Assembly (NCBI GenBank): GCA_965248055.1
Contig: CBDFIJ010000004.1
Span: 1,760,001 to 1,824,000 of the forward strand
Direction: 5' to 3'
DNA length: 64,000 bases
From: Candidatus Multivoradales bacterium
Lineage (GTDB): Bacteria > Acidobacteriota > Thermoanaerobaculia > Multivoradales > JAHEKO01
Positions 29,034 through 38,355 of the stretch are shown here, in pieces; within the stretch, counting starts at the first letter, position 1, and each line of letters begins with the position of its first letter. The notes below the pieces were generated by a model. It was given only the letters and a program-made list of their open reading frames with translations. It had not been told where the DNA came from and made no database searches. The translations under genes were made by a program, and so were the position numbers.

Positions 29034-29543
29034 TTGATGGGAGCTGCATTTCCTCCAGTCAAAACGGTTGAGATCGCCGACAGTGGTGCGCTGCTGGCGG
29101 TCGCGGTGATCTTGGCTGGCCTGCTGGCGACATTTCTGCTTCTCTGGTTGCGAGAACGGAAGCTTCGCGCCTTGCGAGCAAGAACATCACTGCGCTCTCG
29201 ATACTTTTCGCAAACTCAAACCGAAGGCGCAGTCAAGGTTCTCGACCCGGTAACGGTCGAAATTGCCGAGGAATCCCGGCAAGTAGCCCATAGATTCGTC
29301 CGCGGTGGTGATCTCTCAGTTGAACTAGCCGTCAACCAACAAGATTCTGGCTCCACGGAGTATCAAGTTTGGGGGGTCTGGACCGAGCGCGACGGCGCAT
29401 GGACCGATCAACTTGGCCACTTGTCCAGTTCGACGGCTGGCAACCTTCTCCGCAAAGCAAATCACGGCGAAATCTCAGCCACCCTGGTGTCGGTCATACC
29501 CTCTGATCCACCGGTGATCAAGCTCGCACTGTGGTCTAAGTAA
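29034..29543 (+). CDS. Hypothetical membrane-anchored protein, possibly a degenerate HIRAN domain
   Basis: N-terminal TM helix; ...YQVWGVW...QLGHLSSSTAGNL...ISATLV. Confidence 0.55.
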   Translation: MMGAAFPPVKTVEIADSGALLAVAVILAGLLATFLLLWLRERKLRALRARTSLRSRYFSQTQTEGAVKVLDPVTVEIAEESRQVAHRFVRGGDLSVELAVNQQDSGSTEYQVWGVWTERDGAWTDQLGHLSSSTAGNLLRKANHGEISATLVSVIPSDPPVIKLALWSK

Positions 29544-29686
29544 GGATCGCGATCACAGGCTACGGAGAAATGCGCCTCACGGCTATTGTCGTTGAGGTTT
29601 GCCACGCTAGAATCAGTGGGCCACTCGGTCTGTCTTTTGGACAATCTTGAGCGGACAAGACGCTACTACTGAAATAGAGGGCATCA

Positions 29687-30940
29687 ATGTCTACAGCAAA
29701 GTTACTCTTCAACGAACAAGAAGTTGACCTTCCGATCGAAGTCGGATCCGAAGGGGAAGTTGGTCTGAGCATCGGCCAGCTGCGCAAACAGACTGGCGTG
29801 ATTACGCTGGATTCCGGGTACGGGAATACCGGCTCGTGCAAGTCCGCGATCACCTTTATCGACGGCGAGAAAGGGATCCTGCGCTACCGCGGTTACCCAA
29901 TCGAAGATCTCGCCACCAAAGCGCGGTTCGTTGAGGTTTGTTACTTGTTGATCTACGGCGAATGGCCGTCAACTGAAGAACTTGGGCAGTTCAAGCGGAG
30001 CTTGACCCAACACACGTTATTGCACGAAGACATGAAGAAATTCTTCGAAAGCTACTCTCCGAGTGCTCATCCGATGACCATTCTTTCGTCGATGATCGCC
30101 TCCTTGTCGGCCTACTACCCAGACGGCGATAGCGCGGTCGACGACAACATTGTCCGCTTGTTGGCGAAGGCCAAAACCATCGCCGCTTTCTCGTACAAGA
30201 AATCGATTGGCCAGCCGTTCATCTACCCGCGCAACGAACTGAGCTACACCCAGAATTTTCTGCACATGATGTTCGCGGTTCCGGCTGAATCGTATGAAGT
30301 TCCGGAAGTGATCGACGAGTCTCTCAACATGCTGCTGATCCTGCACGCCGACCACGAGCAAAACTGCTCAACCTCTACGGTGCGCATGGTCGGTTCTTCG
30401 GAAGCGAACCTGTTCGCCTCTATCTCGGCGGGGATCAGCGCTTTGTCGGGGCCACTCCACGGCGGCGCCAACCAAAAAGTTATCGAAATGCTAAAGATGA
30501 TCCGCAATGACGACAGCAACTACAAGAAATATGTCGACCTGGCGAAAGATCGAGACAGTGGCTTTCGGCTTATGGGGTTCGGGCACCGGGTGTACAAAAA
30601 CTTTGACCCGAGGGCGATTCTGCTACGCAAGGCTGCTGCCCGGGTCCTCGACGAACTGGGTGCTAACGACCCACTGCTCGATATCGCCCAAAATCTTGCC
30701 GAGGTTGCTCTCAAGGATGACTACTTCATCGAACGCAAGCTCTATCCCAATGTCGACTTTTACAGCGGCATCATTTACCGAGCAATGGGAATTCCAACCA
30801 ACATGTTCACGGTGATGTTCGCTCTGGGGCGGCTACCCGGTTGGATCGCCCATTGGCGCGAGATGCGCAGCGATCCCTCCACCCGAATCAACCGCCCGCG
30901 CCAGATCTATACCGGCTCCGGCGAACGTCACTTAGCCTAA
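29687..30940 (+). CDS. gltA: Citrate synthase
   Basis: GILRYRGYPI, LHADHEQNCST, GPLHGGAN, GFGHRVYKNFDPRA, YPNVDFYSG. Confidence 0.98.
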   Translation: MSTAKLLFNEQEVDLPIEVGSEGEVGLSIGQLRKQTGVITLDSGYGNTGSCKSAITFIDGEKGILRYRGYPIEDLATKARFVEVCYLLIYGEWPSTEELGQFKRSLTQHTLLHEDMKKFFESYSPSAHPMTILSSMIASLSAYYPDGDSAVDDNIVRLLAKAKTIAAFSYKKSIGQPFIYPRNELSYTQNFLHMMFAVPAESYEVPEVIDESLNMLLILHADHEQNCSTSTVRMVGSSEANLFASISAGISALSGPLHGGANQKVIEMLKMIRNDDSNYKKYVDLAKDRDSGFRLMGFGHRVYKNFDPRAILLRKAAARVLDELGANDPLLDIAQNLAEVALKDDYFIERKLYPNVDFYSGIIYRAMGIPTNMFTVMFALGRLPGWIAHWREMRSDPSTRINRPRQIYTGSGERHLA

Positions 30941-30961
30941 TTGTCGTTGCTCACAAGCTGT

Positions 30962-31396
30962 TCACCCCCGGGAAACCCAGGAGTGAATCTTGGCCCGCAG
31001 ACGTTCGACCCGAGCAAGAACTCCCGGCCAGCGGCTGAGCGCCCGAAGAATAATTCGGTAGACCAACTCGCTGGCCAGAGAAAGAACCGCCGCTCCGGCA
31101 ACAATAGTCAAAATCCCCTGGATACCTGGGAGAACTAGGCCGGCGATTCCAATCAGTAGCAACAACCAGCCGACGATCAGCAAGAGCACCCTGGTGACCG
31201 TCGACAGCGGAGACAGCTTGCGATCCCCATCCGGCTTCACCGCCAGCTCCAAGGGAGAGTCCTCTGGATTCCCTCCAAAACTATTTTCCGGTACGGACGG
31301 ATCAGAGGTACCCAATTGGGTATCAGGGGACTCTTCGGTGCCATGGGCTGAAGAGGGCTGGGTTGCTGGCGGCCGGGTTGTTGGGGGTTGGCTCAT
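30962..31396 (-). CDS. Small membrane protein (PGPGW-like)
   Basis: LIVGWLLLLIGIAGLVLPGIQGILTIVAGAAVLS hairpin after a disordered N-terminus. Confidence 0.7.
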   Translation of the reverse strand: MSQPPTTRPPATQPSSAHGTEESPDTQLGTSDPSVPENSFGGNPEDSPLELAVKPDGDRKLSPLSTVTRVLLLIVGWLLLLIGIAGLVLPGIQGILTIVAGAAVLSLASELVYRIILRALSRWPGVLARVERLRAKIHSWVSRG

Positions 31397-31495
31397 TTGC
31401 AGTTTGCATCCTACGCACGAAATTCCATTCATCCAAGCGAAACCAACCTAATCGACGTCAGCTATTTTCCTCGCTTGGTTCCATCAACTTGTCTG

Positions 31496-31558
31496 TTGAC
31501 ATCCTTTTTAGAAGTCGAAAGAATGTGTCAGGACTTATTGAGATTGTTTCTCAATAAG
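31496..31558 (+). promoter_or_regulatory. Promoter and Fur box upstream of fur and the TonB receptor
   Basis: TTGACA (31496)-17 bp-AAGAAT; palindrome CTTATTGAGA-TTGTT-TCTCAATAAG (31534-31558) with 7-1-7 core TGAGATT-G-TTTCTCA. Confidence 0.75.
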
Positions 31559-31571
31559 CAAATAACGGCAA

Positions 31572-32039
31572 ATGCACACTACCCGCGAACGACAACAGTT
31601 CATCCGAGGACTGCAGCAAAGGGGACACCGGGTCACTCCAGAGCGACTGGCTGTCTTCGACGCTGTCTTCGCTTTGCACGGCCATCTGGAGGTAGACCAG
31701 ATCTATCAAAGGATGCAGCTGCACAACCATGGTGTCTCGCGCGCAACCTTGTATCGCAATCTTGAGGTACTGGAGCGTCTGGGTTTGGTGCGCAAGATTC
31801 AAGCTGGCAACCGTCGGGTGCTCTACGAGCATCTACACGCTGGTCAAGATCATGGTCATTTGATCTGCCGCGAGTGTTCCCAAGTGATCGAATTCTTGAG
31901 TCCGGATGTCACACAAGCACTGGCTGCTCTTTGTCGCGAGCATGGCTTTGAAGAAAATGAAAACCAAGTCACCGTCCAGGGGTTGTGCGGAATCTGCGCA
32001 AGCTGGAGCGGTGAGACAAATCGAGCAGCTAGCGCCTAA
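31572..32039 (+). CDS. Fur-family transcriptional regulator
   Basis: RVTPERLAV, VSRATLYRNL, HGHLICREC, GLCGIC. Confidence 0.93.
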   Translation: MHTTRERQQFIRGLQQRGHRVTPERLAVFDAVFALHGHLEVDQIYQRMQLHNHGVSRATLYRNLEVLERLGLVRKIQAGNRRVLYEHLHAGQDHGHLICRECSQVIEFLSPDVTQALAALCREHGFEENENQVTVQGLCGICASWSGETNRAASA

Positions 32040-32069
32040 CTCGACCCTGAAATCTGAGGAAGAGGAAGA

Positions 32070-34268
32070 ATGGATCTCGCAACTTGGGCATTGTTGACCG
32101 CACTCGCGGCGAGCTCTGGCGCCACAGGAGAAGCCCCAGAGGCTCCCGTCGAGGAATCGATCGGAGAGGTACACGCTGTCTTTGACAACTTGACGGTGGT
32201 CGGCAGTGCCGAGACAGCGGGCGGCTCCGCCCATGTCATCGGGCAAGCCCAGTTGGAGGTACACAACTACAACGACGTTCACCGAGTGCTGCGGCAGGTT
32301 CCTGGAGTCAACATTCAAGAAGAAGATGGATTTGGTCTTCGACCCAACATTGGTATTCGAGGAACCGGCGTCGAACGGTCGCAAAAAATCACGTTGATGG
32401 AGGACGGTGTCCTGATCGCCCCGGCGCCCTATGCAGCACCGGCCGCTTACTACTCTCCGACGGTCGGGCGGATGGAGAGCCTCGAGGTACGCAAAGGCAC
32501 CAGCGCCGTGCGGCAGGGTCCACACACAACCGGGGGGGTGATCAATTATCGTTCGACCAGTATCCCGGAGTCGTTTTCTGGAAAAGCGGAGCTAGCACTC
32601 GGAACCGATGGTCTGCTCCGAACCCACGCCTATGCGGGCGACAGCAACCAGCGGCTTGGCTGGCTGGTCGAGGGATATCAACTATCCAGCGATGGCTTCA
32701 AGCAGCTCGATACCGCCGACAGTACCGGGTTTGACCTGACCGATCTGGTTGCCAAGTTTCGTCTCTCTTCTCGATCCGATGCCAAGATCTATCAAGCGGC
32801 TGAACTCAAGCTGGGCTGGAATCAGCAAGACGGAGCCGAGACCTATCTCGGTCTTACCGCCGAAGACTTTGAACGCACTCCGTATCGGCGTTACGCCGGT
32901 TCGTCGGCCGATCGCATCGACACGGAACACAATCAGTTTCAGCTATCGTATTTCGCTCAGCTCTCGCCTCGTTTCGACCTAACCGCGGTCGTCTATAACA
33001 ATGAATTTTCGCGCAACTGGCACAAGTTGCAGTCGGTAAATGGACTTGGATTGAATGCCGTCTTGAACGATCCGCAGAACCACTCGGCGGAGATTTCCGT
33101 TCTTCGTGGAGATCTCAACGCGGTCGACAGTCTCTCGGTACGCAACAACCGGCGCGACTACTTCTCGCGCGGCGTGAGCGCATCGCTAGGAGCACACGTT
33201 GACGGACGGATTCGCCACGACCTGGAAGTTGGCGTACGAGTGCATCGCGATGAAGAGGATCGTTTTCAAGAGGAAGACCTCTACAACATGAGCTTTGGAC
33301 AACCCTTGTTGTCTTCACTGGGGGCCCCCGGGAGTCAGTCCAACCGAGTTGCCTCCGCCAACGCAATCGCGGTTTTTTTTGAAGATAGCTTTTCTTTTGG
33401 AAAATGGACCGTAACGCCAGGAGCCCGCTACGAGGTCATCGATCTGGAGCGCCAGGACTATGGACGATCCGATCCCGTTAGAGGAAGTGAGCCAAGGTCG
33501 ACGACCAATCGGGTCCGCCAACTGGTTCCCGGAGTCCGGGTGCAACACGTAGTCAATGAACGCAATTTGTGGTTCGCCGGCCTCTACCAAGGTTTCTCTC
33601 CGCCAACCCCGGGATCGAACGAACGGGTCGAGCCCGAGGAAAGCGACAACATTGAAATCGGCTGGCGCTATTCCGGACGCAAGCTAGCGGCCGAAGTCAC
33701 CGGTTTCTACTCAAACTATGGCAACCTGCTTGGCACCGACACGCTCTCAAGCGGTGGTGATGGCACCGGCAACCAGTTCAACGGCGGCAGTGCCTTGGTG
33801 CAAGGACTGGAAGCCGCCGCGACGTGGGAACTGCGACCTTCCCAGTCGGCGCAAGTGCCTCTTCGCTTGGTCTATACCTACACCGACACGGAGTTTCTCT
33901 CCAGTTTTGAAACCAACTTTGCCGACTGGGCGCCTCAAGTGGAACGTGGAGACGAACTCCCGTATGTGCCCAAGCATCAACTGACCCTGGGGGCTACCTG
34001 GAATAGCCCACGTTGGTCGGTTGGCATCGACGGTAACTTGAACGGGGCGATGCGTACCCTTGCTGGCGCTGGCGCAATCCCGTCTGACAGTGGGATCCCC
34101 AGTCGTTGGACCTGGGATCTGGCGATCGAGCGCGACCTGAGCTCTTACCGTCTGTTTCTCCAGGTGCGCAACCTAACCGATAACACCTATTTGGTGGCGC
34201 GGCGACCCGCCGGACTCCGCCCGGGGATGCCAAGAACCGTGGTGGTCGGAGTAAAGGTCGACTTCTAG
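32070..34268 (+). CDS. TonB-dependent receptor (FecA-like)
   Basis: EEDGFGLRPNIGIRG...KITLMEDGVLIAPAPY plug; NLTDNTY...PGMPRT; C-terminal Phe. Confidence 0.93.
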   Translation: MDLATWALLTALAASSGATGEAPEAPVEESIGEVHAVFDNLTVVGSAETAGGSAHVIGQAQLEVHNYNDVHRVLRQVPGVNIQEEDGFGLRPNIGIRGTGVERSQKITLMEDGVLIAPAPYAAPAAYYSPTVGRMESLEVRKGTSAVRQGPHTTGGVINYRSTSIPESFSGKAELALGTDGLLRTHAYAGDSNQRLGWLVEGYQLSSDGFKQLDTADSTGFDLTDLVAKFRLSSRSDAKIYQAAELKLGWNQQDGAETYLGLTAEDFERTPYRRYAGSSADRIDTEHNQFQLSYFAQLSPRFDLTAVVYNNEFSRNWHKLQSVNGLGLNAVLNDPQNHSAEISVLRGDLNAVDSLSVRNNRRDYFSRGVSASLGAHVDGRIRHDLEVGVRVHRDEEDRFQEEDLYNMSFGQPLLSSLGAPGSQSNRVASANAIAVFFEDSFSFGKWTVTPGARYEVIDLERQDYGRSDPVRGSEPRSTTNRVRQLVPGVRVQHVVNERNLWFAGLYQGFSPPTPGSNERVEPEESDNIEIGWRYSGRKLAAEVTGFYSNYGNLLGTDTLSSGGDGTGNQFNGGSALVQGLEAAATWELRPSQSAQVPLRLVYTYTDTEFLSSFETNFADWAPQVERGDELPYVPKHQLTLGATWNSPRWSVGIDGNLNGAMRTLAGAGAIPSDSGIPSRWTWDLAIERDLSSYRLFLQVRNLTDNTYLVARRPAGLRPGMPRTVVVGVKVDF
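34108..34268 (+). repeat. Direct repeat copy 1 (3' end of the receptor gene)
   Basis: 161 bp, 7 mismatches versus 36159-36319. Confidence 0.95.
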
Positions 34269-34375
34269 CGCCGCTCCCCACTTGTCCTGGGACGCCGGCT
34301 CAAGCTGGTTGTGGCAAGATGCCAATTCTTCAGCAACCGGCTTGAAGAGACTGCCGATTCCTCGGGATCGCGATT

Positions 34376-35986
34376 ATGACGAAGAGTCCATCAAAACCCC
34401 GCAAGAGAGCCCCCTATTGGTTGGCAGTGTTCGGCCTGGCGCCAATCTTATTTGCGCCCGTTCCAGCTTTTTTGCGATACCACGGCTGGTCTGTCCTCAC
34501 CATAGATGGACTTGTCCTGGGTCTCATCTGTTTCGCAACTGCCGCATTTTTGTTTCTTATACCTGGCACTCGACGACGCCTATCGTTGAGCGGTGTTTAC
34601 GCTCTCGCGACTCTCTTTTTTTTCGACTTCCAGTTTCAAGCTCTTACCGGTTGGATCACTCTTGCCGGAGCCTTCGGCCTTGTTTTCACAGTCTGTTTCG
34701 GGCTGTTTGAAAAACTTCCGCAATTGACCACCTTTGTCTTCGGCTTGATGAGTCTTTTGGCTTTGTTCTCAGTTCCTAATAGTGACCATCGCGCTGTCGC
34801 TGGGGACCCAAACCTGCCACCGATCGTTTACTTGATCGTCGATGAGCACCTCGGAGTTGGCGGAATTCCAGCACTGGGTCGAGGTCCGGAAATCCAAGAA
34901 ATGTTGCGCGATGCGTACATCCAACGGGGATTTAGGATCTACGAAAATGCATACTCTCTCCACGATATGACCCAACACTCCATTGCCTCCATCCTCAACG
35001 GCTCGGACCGATCCGACGGGTTGGTTGAACCGGGACAGACCTCGAAGTGGAAGGTGACGAAGTCCCGTTTATTGAAACGTTGGGCCGACCAGGGTTACCG
35101 GATCAATGTCTACCAATCAGACGCGCTCAACCTTTGCGATCTGCGAGAGGTAGAAATCGATTCCTGCTACACCTACAGCGTTTGGAGCCTGACCGGAATC
35201 CTGGAAGGCTTGCCGTGGTATTCCCGGGAGCGGACCACTAGTGTCCTGTTGGCGATGGCGAACAGATCGCAGATCTTCTCCAAAGCGCGTAGTCAATATA
35301 ACAAGTTCGCGGAGCGTTCTCCGTCACTACCCGAGTGGCCCATTCGTGCTCGACCCCCAGGACCTCTGGCGATTCTTTCAGCCACCAAGGCCCTCCGCCA
35401 AGACTTGGCAAGGCAACCTAGGGGCCATGTCTTTCTTGCTCACTTGCTCCATCCACACTTTCCTTATGTCTACAACCAAGACTGCAGTGTTAAGCCAAAA
35501 GACGAATGGACTGCGCCGAAATGGAACAGGAAGGGCCGGATGCGTGACATGCGCAAAATTAGAGAAGATAACTACCCTGCTTACTTCGATCAGTTGGAGT
35601 GCGCCACGGTGATGGTAAACAAGTTGATTGATGAGATCGGAGAGCAGCCGGAGTTCCACGACGCAACGTTGATCGTTCATGGCGACCATGGCTCCCGTAT
35701 TTGGGTCAAAAAACCACTCACCTATAACAGACCAAGCGAACAAGACCTTATCGATAGCTTTTCCACCCACTTGGCGATCCGGGGCCCAGGCGTTACGCCT
35801 GGCGCCAACCTTCAGCCGGTGTCTGTCAACCAGGCAATCGCCAAGCACTGGGGTCTTCCTCTAAGACTTGAAGATAAGCCCGGGCTGTACGCAAGGCCGA
35901 ACCGGAACCAGTTTCCAAGACCCAAGCTTGCTCTACCAGAAATCTGGCGTGACTCAATCACCGATACAATGGATCAGCCAGACTAA
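34376..35986 (+). CDS. Membrane-anchored alkaline phosphatase/sulfatase-superfamily protein (NoeB/LtaS-like), paralog 1
   Basis: About 5 N-terminal TM segments; LPPIVYLIVDEH, YENAYSLHDMT, LAHLLHPHFPY, VHGDHG. Confidence 0.82.
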   Translation: MTKSPSKPRKRAPYWLAVFGLAPILFAPVPAFLRYHGWSVLTIDGLVLGLICFATAAFLFLIPGTRRRLSLSGVYALATLFFFDFQFQALTGWITLAGAFGLVFTVCFGLFEKLPQLTTFVFGLMSLLALFSVPNSDHRAVAGDPNLPPIVYLIVDEHLGVGGIPALGRGPEIQEMLRDAYIQRGFRIYENAYSLHDMTQHSIASILNGSDRSDGLVEPGQTSKWKVTKSRLLKRWADQGYRINVYQSDALNLCDLREVEIDSCYTYSVWSLTGILEGLPWYSRERTTSVLLAMANRSQIFSKARSQYNKFAERSPSLPEWPIRARPPGPLAILSATKALRQDLARQPRGHVFLAHLLHPHFPYVYNQDCSVKPKDEWTAPKWNRKGRMRDMRKIREDNYPAYFDQLECATVMVNKLIDEIGEQPEFHDATLIVHGDHGSRIWVKKPLTYNRPSEQDLIDSFSTHLAIRGPGVTPGANLQPVSVNQAIAKHWGLPLRLEDKPGLYARPNRNQFPRPKLALPEIWRDSITDTMDQPD

Positions 35987-36043
35987 GACGCCGCGTCGGC
36001 TGGACGCTAACGCACTCCAAAGAAACTCCCGACTAAGAGAATC

Positions 36044-36241
36044 ATGATGAGATTCGACACCTCAAGAAACACTGCGTTTGTGATCGCAGCAGTGCTGACC
36101 ATCTGCTTGTTAATTCCGACGCCAAGCTACGCATATCTAGGCCCTGGCACCGGAGGTAGGACCTGGGATCTGGCGATCGAGCGCGACCTGAGCTCTTACC
36201 GTCTATTTCTCCAGGTGCGCAACCTAACCGATAACACCTAG
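36044..36241 (+). pseudogene. Truncated YLxPGTGG small-protein gene fused to the duplicated receptor 3' end
   Basis: Signal peptide + SYA-YLGPGTGG, then RTWDLAIERDLSSYRLFLQVRNLTDNT* (receptor sequence with TAT->TAG). Confidence 0.82.
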
Positions 36242-36319
36242 TTGGTAGCGCGGCGACCCGCCGGACTCTGCCCTGGGATGCCAAGAACCGTGGTGGCCGG
36301 AGCAAAGGTCGACTTCTAG
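36159..36319 (+). repeat. Direct repeat copy 2 (receptor 3'-end pseudo-fragment)
   Basis: 154/161 identical to 34108-34268; offset 2051 bp. Confidence 0.95.
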
Positions 36320-36419
36320 ACGCCTGCAAGCGATTGTCGCGAAGCGATCCGTATCTGTGGCAAAATCGAGCGGTTCGGATATTTTGAATAGGGACGCCCC
36401 CGTCCTTGGGATCGCGATT

Positions 36420-38048
36420 ATGACGAAAATGCCATCAATGGCCATAAGGCAGGCACCCTTTAGGTTGGCAGTCGTTGGCCTAGCGCTGATTCTCTTTGCC
36501 CCGATTCCAGCCTTTCTGAGGCATCAAGAGTGGTCCGCGATCAATATCGACGGGGCCATCCTAGGACTACTTTGTCTCGCGATAGCCACACTGGTATTTC
36601 TTATCCCTGGAAGTCGGGGGCGAATCGGATTGAGCACTATCTATGCTCTAGCCATTCTCTGGTTCGTAGATTTTCAATTCCAAATGTTTTCGAGTTGGAT
36701 AGCCTTCGCTGCAGGGTCTGTCGTTGCTTTCGCAGTCTGCGTTGCCCTGTTTGAAAAGCTATCGGAACTAGCAACATTCGTCTTCGGCTTGATGATTCTT
36801 CTGTCATTGATTCCTGTGCGCAGCCGTGACCGCGAGGTAGGCGTAAGCGATCAACGGCTCCCACCGATTGTCTATTTAATCCTTGACGAACACATTGGGG
36901 TTGCAGGTGTTCCCGCTATCGAGCGTGGCCCCGAGATTCAAGAATTATTGCGTCGCGAGTACCTCCAGCGCGGGTTTCGAATCTACGAGAACGCGTATTC
37001 ACTACACGACTTCACTCACCATTCGCTCGCTTCGGTTCTCAACGCCAGTGACCGCAGCGATGGTTTCCTTCTGCCAGGAAAAAAAACCTGGCAGTGGGGA
37101 GTCCGCAAATCTAGTGTGTTGAGACACTGGGTAGATCAAGGATACCGCCTCCGAATCTATCAATCAGACTGGCTGGATCTATGTAACTTGGAGGGAATCA
37201 AAGTGGAATCTTGCTTCACCTACAGTGCCTGGAGTATTAGCAATCTGGTGGAATATCCGTGGAATTCGGTTGAACGAACTAGTGGGATTCTTGTCGTCAT
37301 AGCGAATCGCTCACAAATTCTTCTTAAGATTCGCGGTTGGTATGACAGCCTTTCCAAGCAGGGTTTTGGAGGCTTGAACCTTCCAATGTGGCCGGTACGA
37401 GCTAGCCGACCGGGTGCCTTGGTCGTCCGTTCCGCGACCAAGGTATTGCAACACGATCTTGAGTCCAATCCGCGGGGAACCGTTTTTCTCGCTCACCTGC
37501 TACATCCTCATTCTCCTTATGTATATGACGCCAACTGTGGGGTAAAGCCCAAAGGTGATTGGGCGGCACCATCGCTAGATCGAAAAGGTAAGGTAAGGGC
37601 TCTGCGGGAGAGCCGGACGACTCACTATCGTGATTACTTCGATCAGCTCGAGTGTCTAACCACCCAGATAGGAGAGCTAATTGATGCGATTGGTGAAAGT
37701 ACCGAGTTGAGAGATGCGACTGTTCTAATCCACGGTGATCATGGGTCTCGTCTTTGGGTCAAACCACCGCGTACCTACAACAAGCCTACTGAAAGAGACT
37801 TGTTGGATACTTTCTCAACTTTTCTTGCTGTTCGCGGCCCAATGATCCAGCCCGAACTCAATATTGAACCTGTACCCGTAAATCAAATTGTCGCCGAACT
37901 CGCGGAGGTTCCGTTTGTTCTTCATGACGGTCCCGCGCCATACTCACGACCGAACTACTATGATCCTCCTCGTCACAAGTTGCCCCTTCCGTCGATCTGG
38001 CGGACATCGAACAACACACCTAAGGTCCGTCCGAAAACCCTCAACTAG
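36420..38048 (+). CDS. NoeB/LtaS-like membrane protein, paralog 2
   Basis: Same motifs (LILDEHIG, YSLHDFT, HLLHPHSPY, HGDHG); start set by the GGGATCGCGATTATGACGAA context shared with paralog 1. Confidence 0.82.
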   Translation: MTKMPSMAIRQAPFRLAVVGLALILFAPIPAFLRHQEWSAINIDGAILGLLCLAIATLVFLIPGSRGRIGLSTIYALAILWFVDFQFQMFSSWIAFAAGSVVAFAVCVALFEKLSELATFVFGLMILLSLIPVRSRDREVGVSDQRLPPIVYLILDEHIGVAGVPAIERGPEIQELLRREYLQRGFRIYENAYSLHDFTHHSLASVLNASDRSDGFLLPGKKTWQWGVRKSSVLRHWVDQGYRLRIYQSDWLDLCNLEGIKVESCFTYSAWSISNLVEYPWNSVERTSGILVVIANRSQILLKIRGWYDSLSKQGFGGLNLPMWPVRASRPGALVVRSATKVLQHDLESNPRGTVFLAHLLHPHSPYVYDANCGVKPKGDWAAPSLDRKGKVRALRESRTTHYRDYFDQLECLTTQIGELIDAIGESTELRDATVLIHGDHGSRLWVKPPRTYNKPTERDLLDTFSTFLAVRGPMIQPELNIEPVPVNQIVAELAEVPFVLHDGPAPYSRPNYYDPPRHKLPLPSIWRTSNNTPKVRPKTLN

Positions 38049-38066
38049 CAATCGCAGGAGAATAAA

Positions 38067-38312
38067 ATGACGTCCTTCAGCTCAAGGAATATGACAGCCC
38101 CAACCTTGGTAGCAGTTGCCCTGTGTCTACTACTATCCCCTACCCCTGGGCATGCATATCTAGACCCTGGCACCGGAGGTATGGCGATTCAGGCGTTGAT
38201 CGCCATCCTCGCCGGAACCTGGCTCGCCATCCGGCTTTTTTGGTCGAGAATCGTTAGATTTTTCAAGCCAAAAGGATCTGATTCGGCATCGCCAGATTCA
38301 GAATCATCGTAG
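38067..38312 (+). CDS. Small protein: signal peptide + YLDPGTGG motif + TM helix + basic tail
   Basis: AGGAG RBS; ...PGHA-YLDPGTGGMAIQALIAILAGTWLAIRLFWSRIVRFFK. Confidence 0.82.
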   Translation: MTSFSSRNMTAPTLVAVALCLLLSPTPGHAYLDPGTGGMAIQALIAILAGTWLAIRLFWSRIVRFFKPKGSDSASPDSESS

Positions 38313-38355
38313 CGGAAGACTCTGGTTTTCAAGCCTTTCTTGATTCTCTTCCTCA

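Noticed and set aside
34108-36319. 161-bp direct repeat as attL/attR of an integrative element, or as a DGR template/variable repeat pair
   Set aside because: No integrase or reverse transcriptase in the window region; the mismatches are not adenine-specific; homology continues into the spacer and gene, which fits a tandem unit
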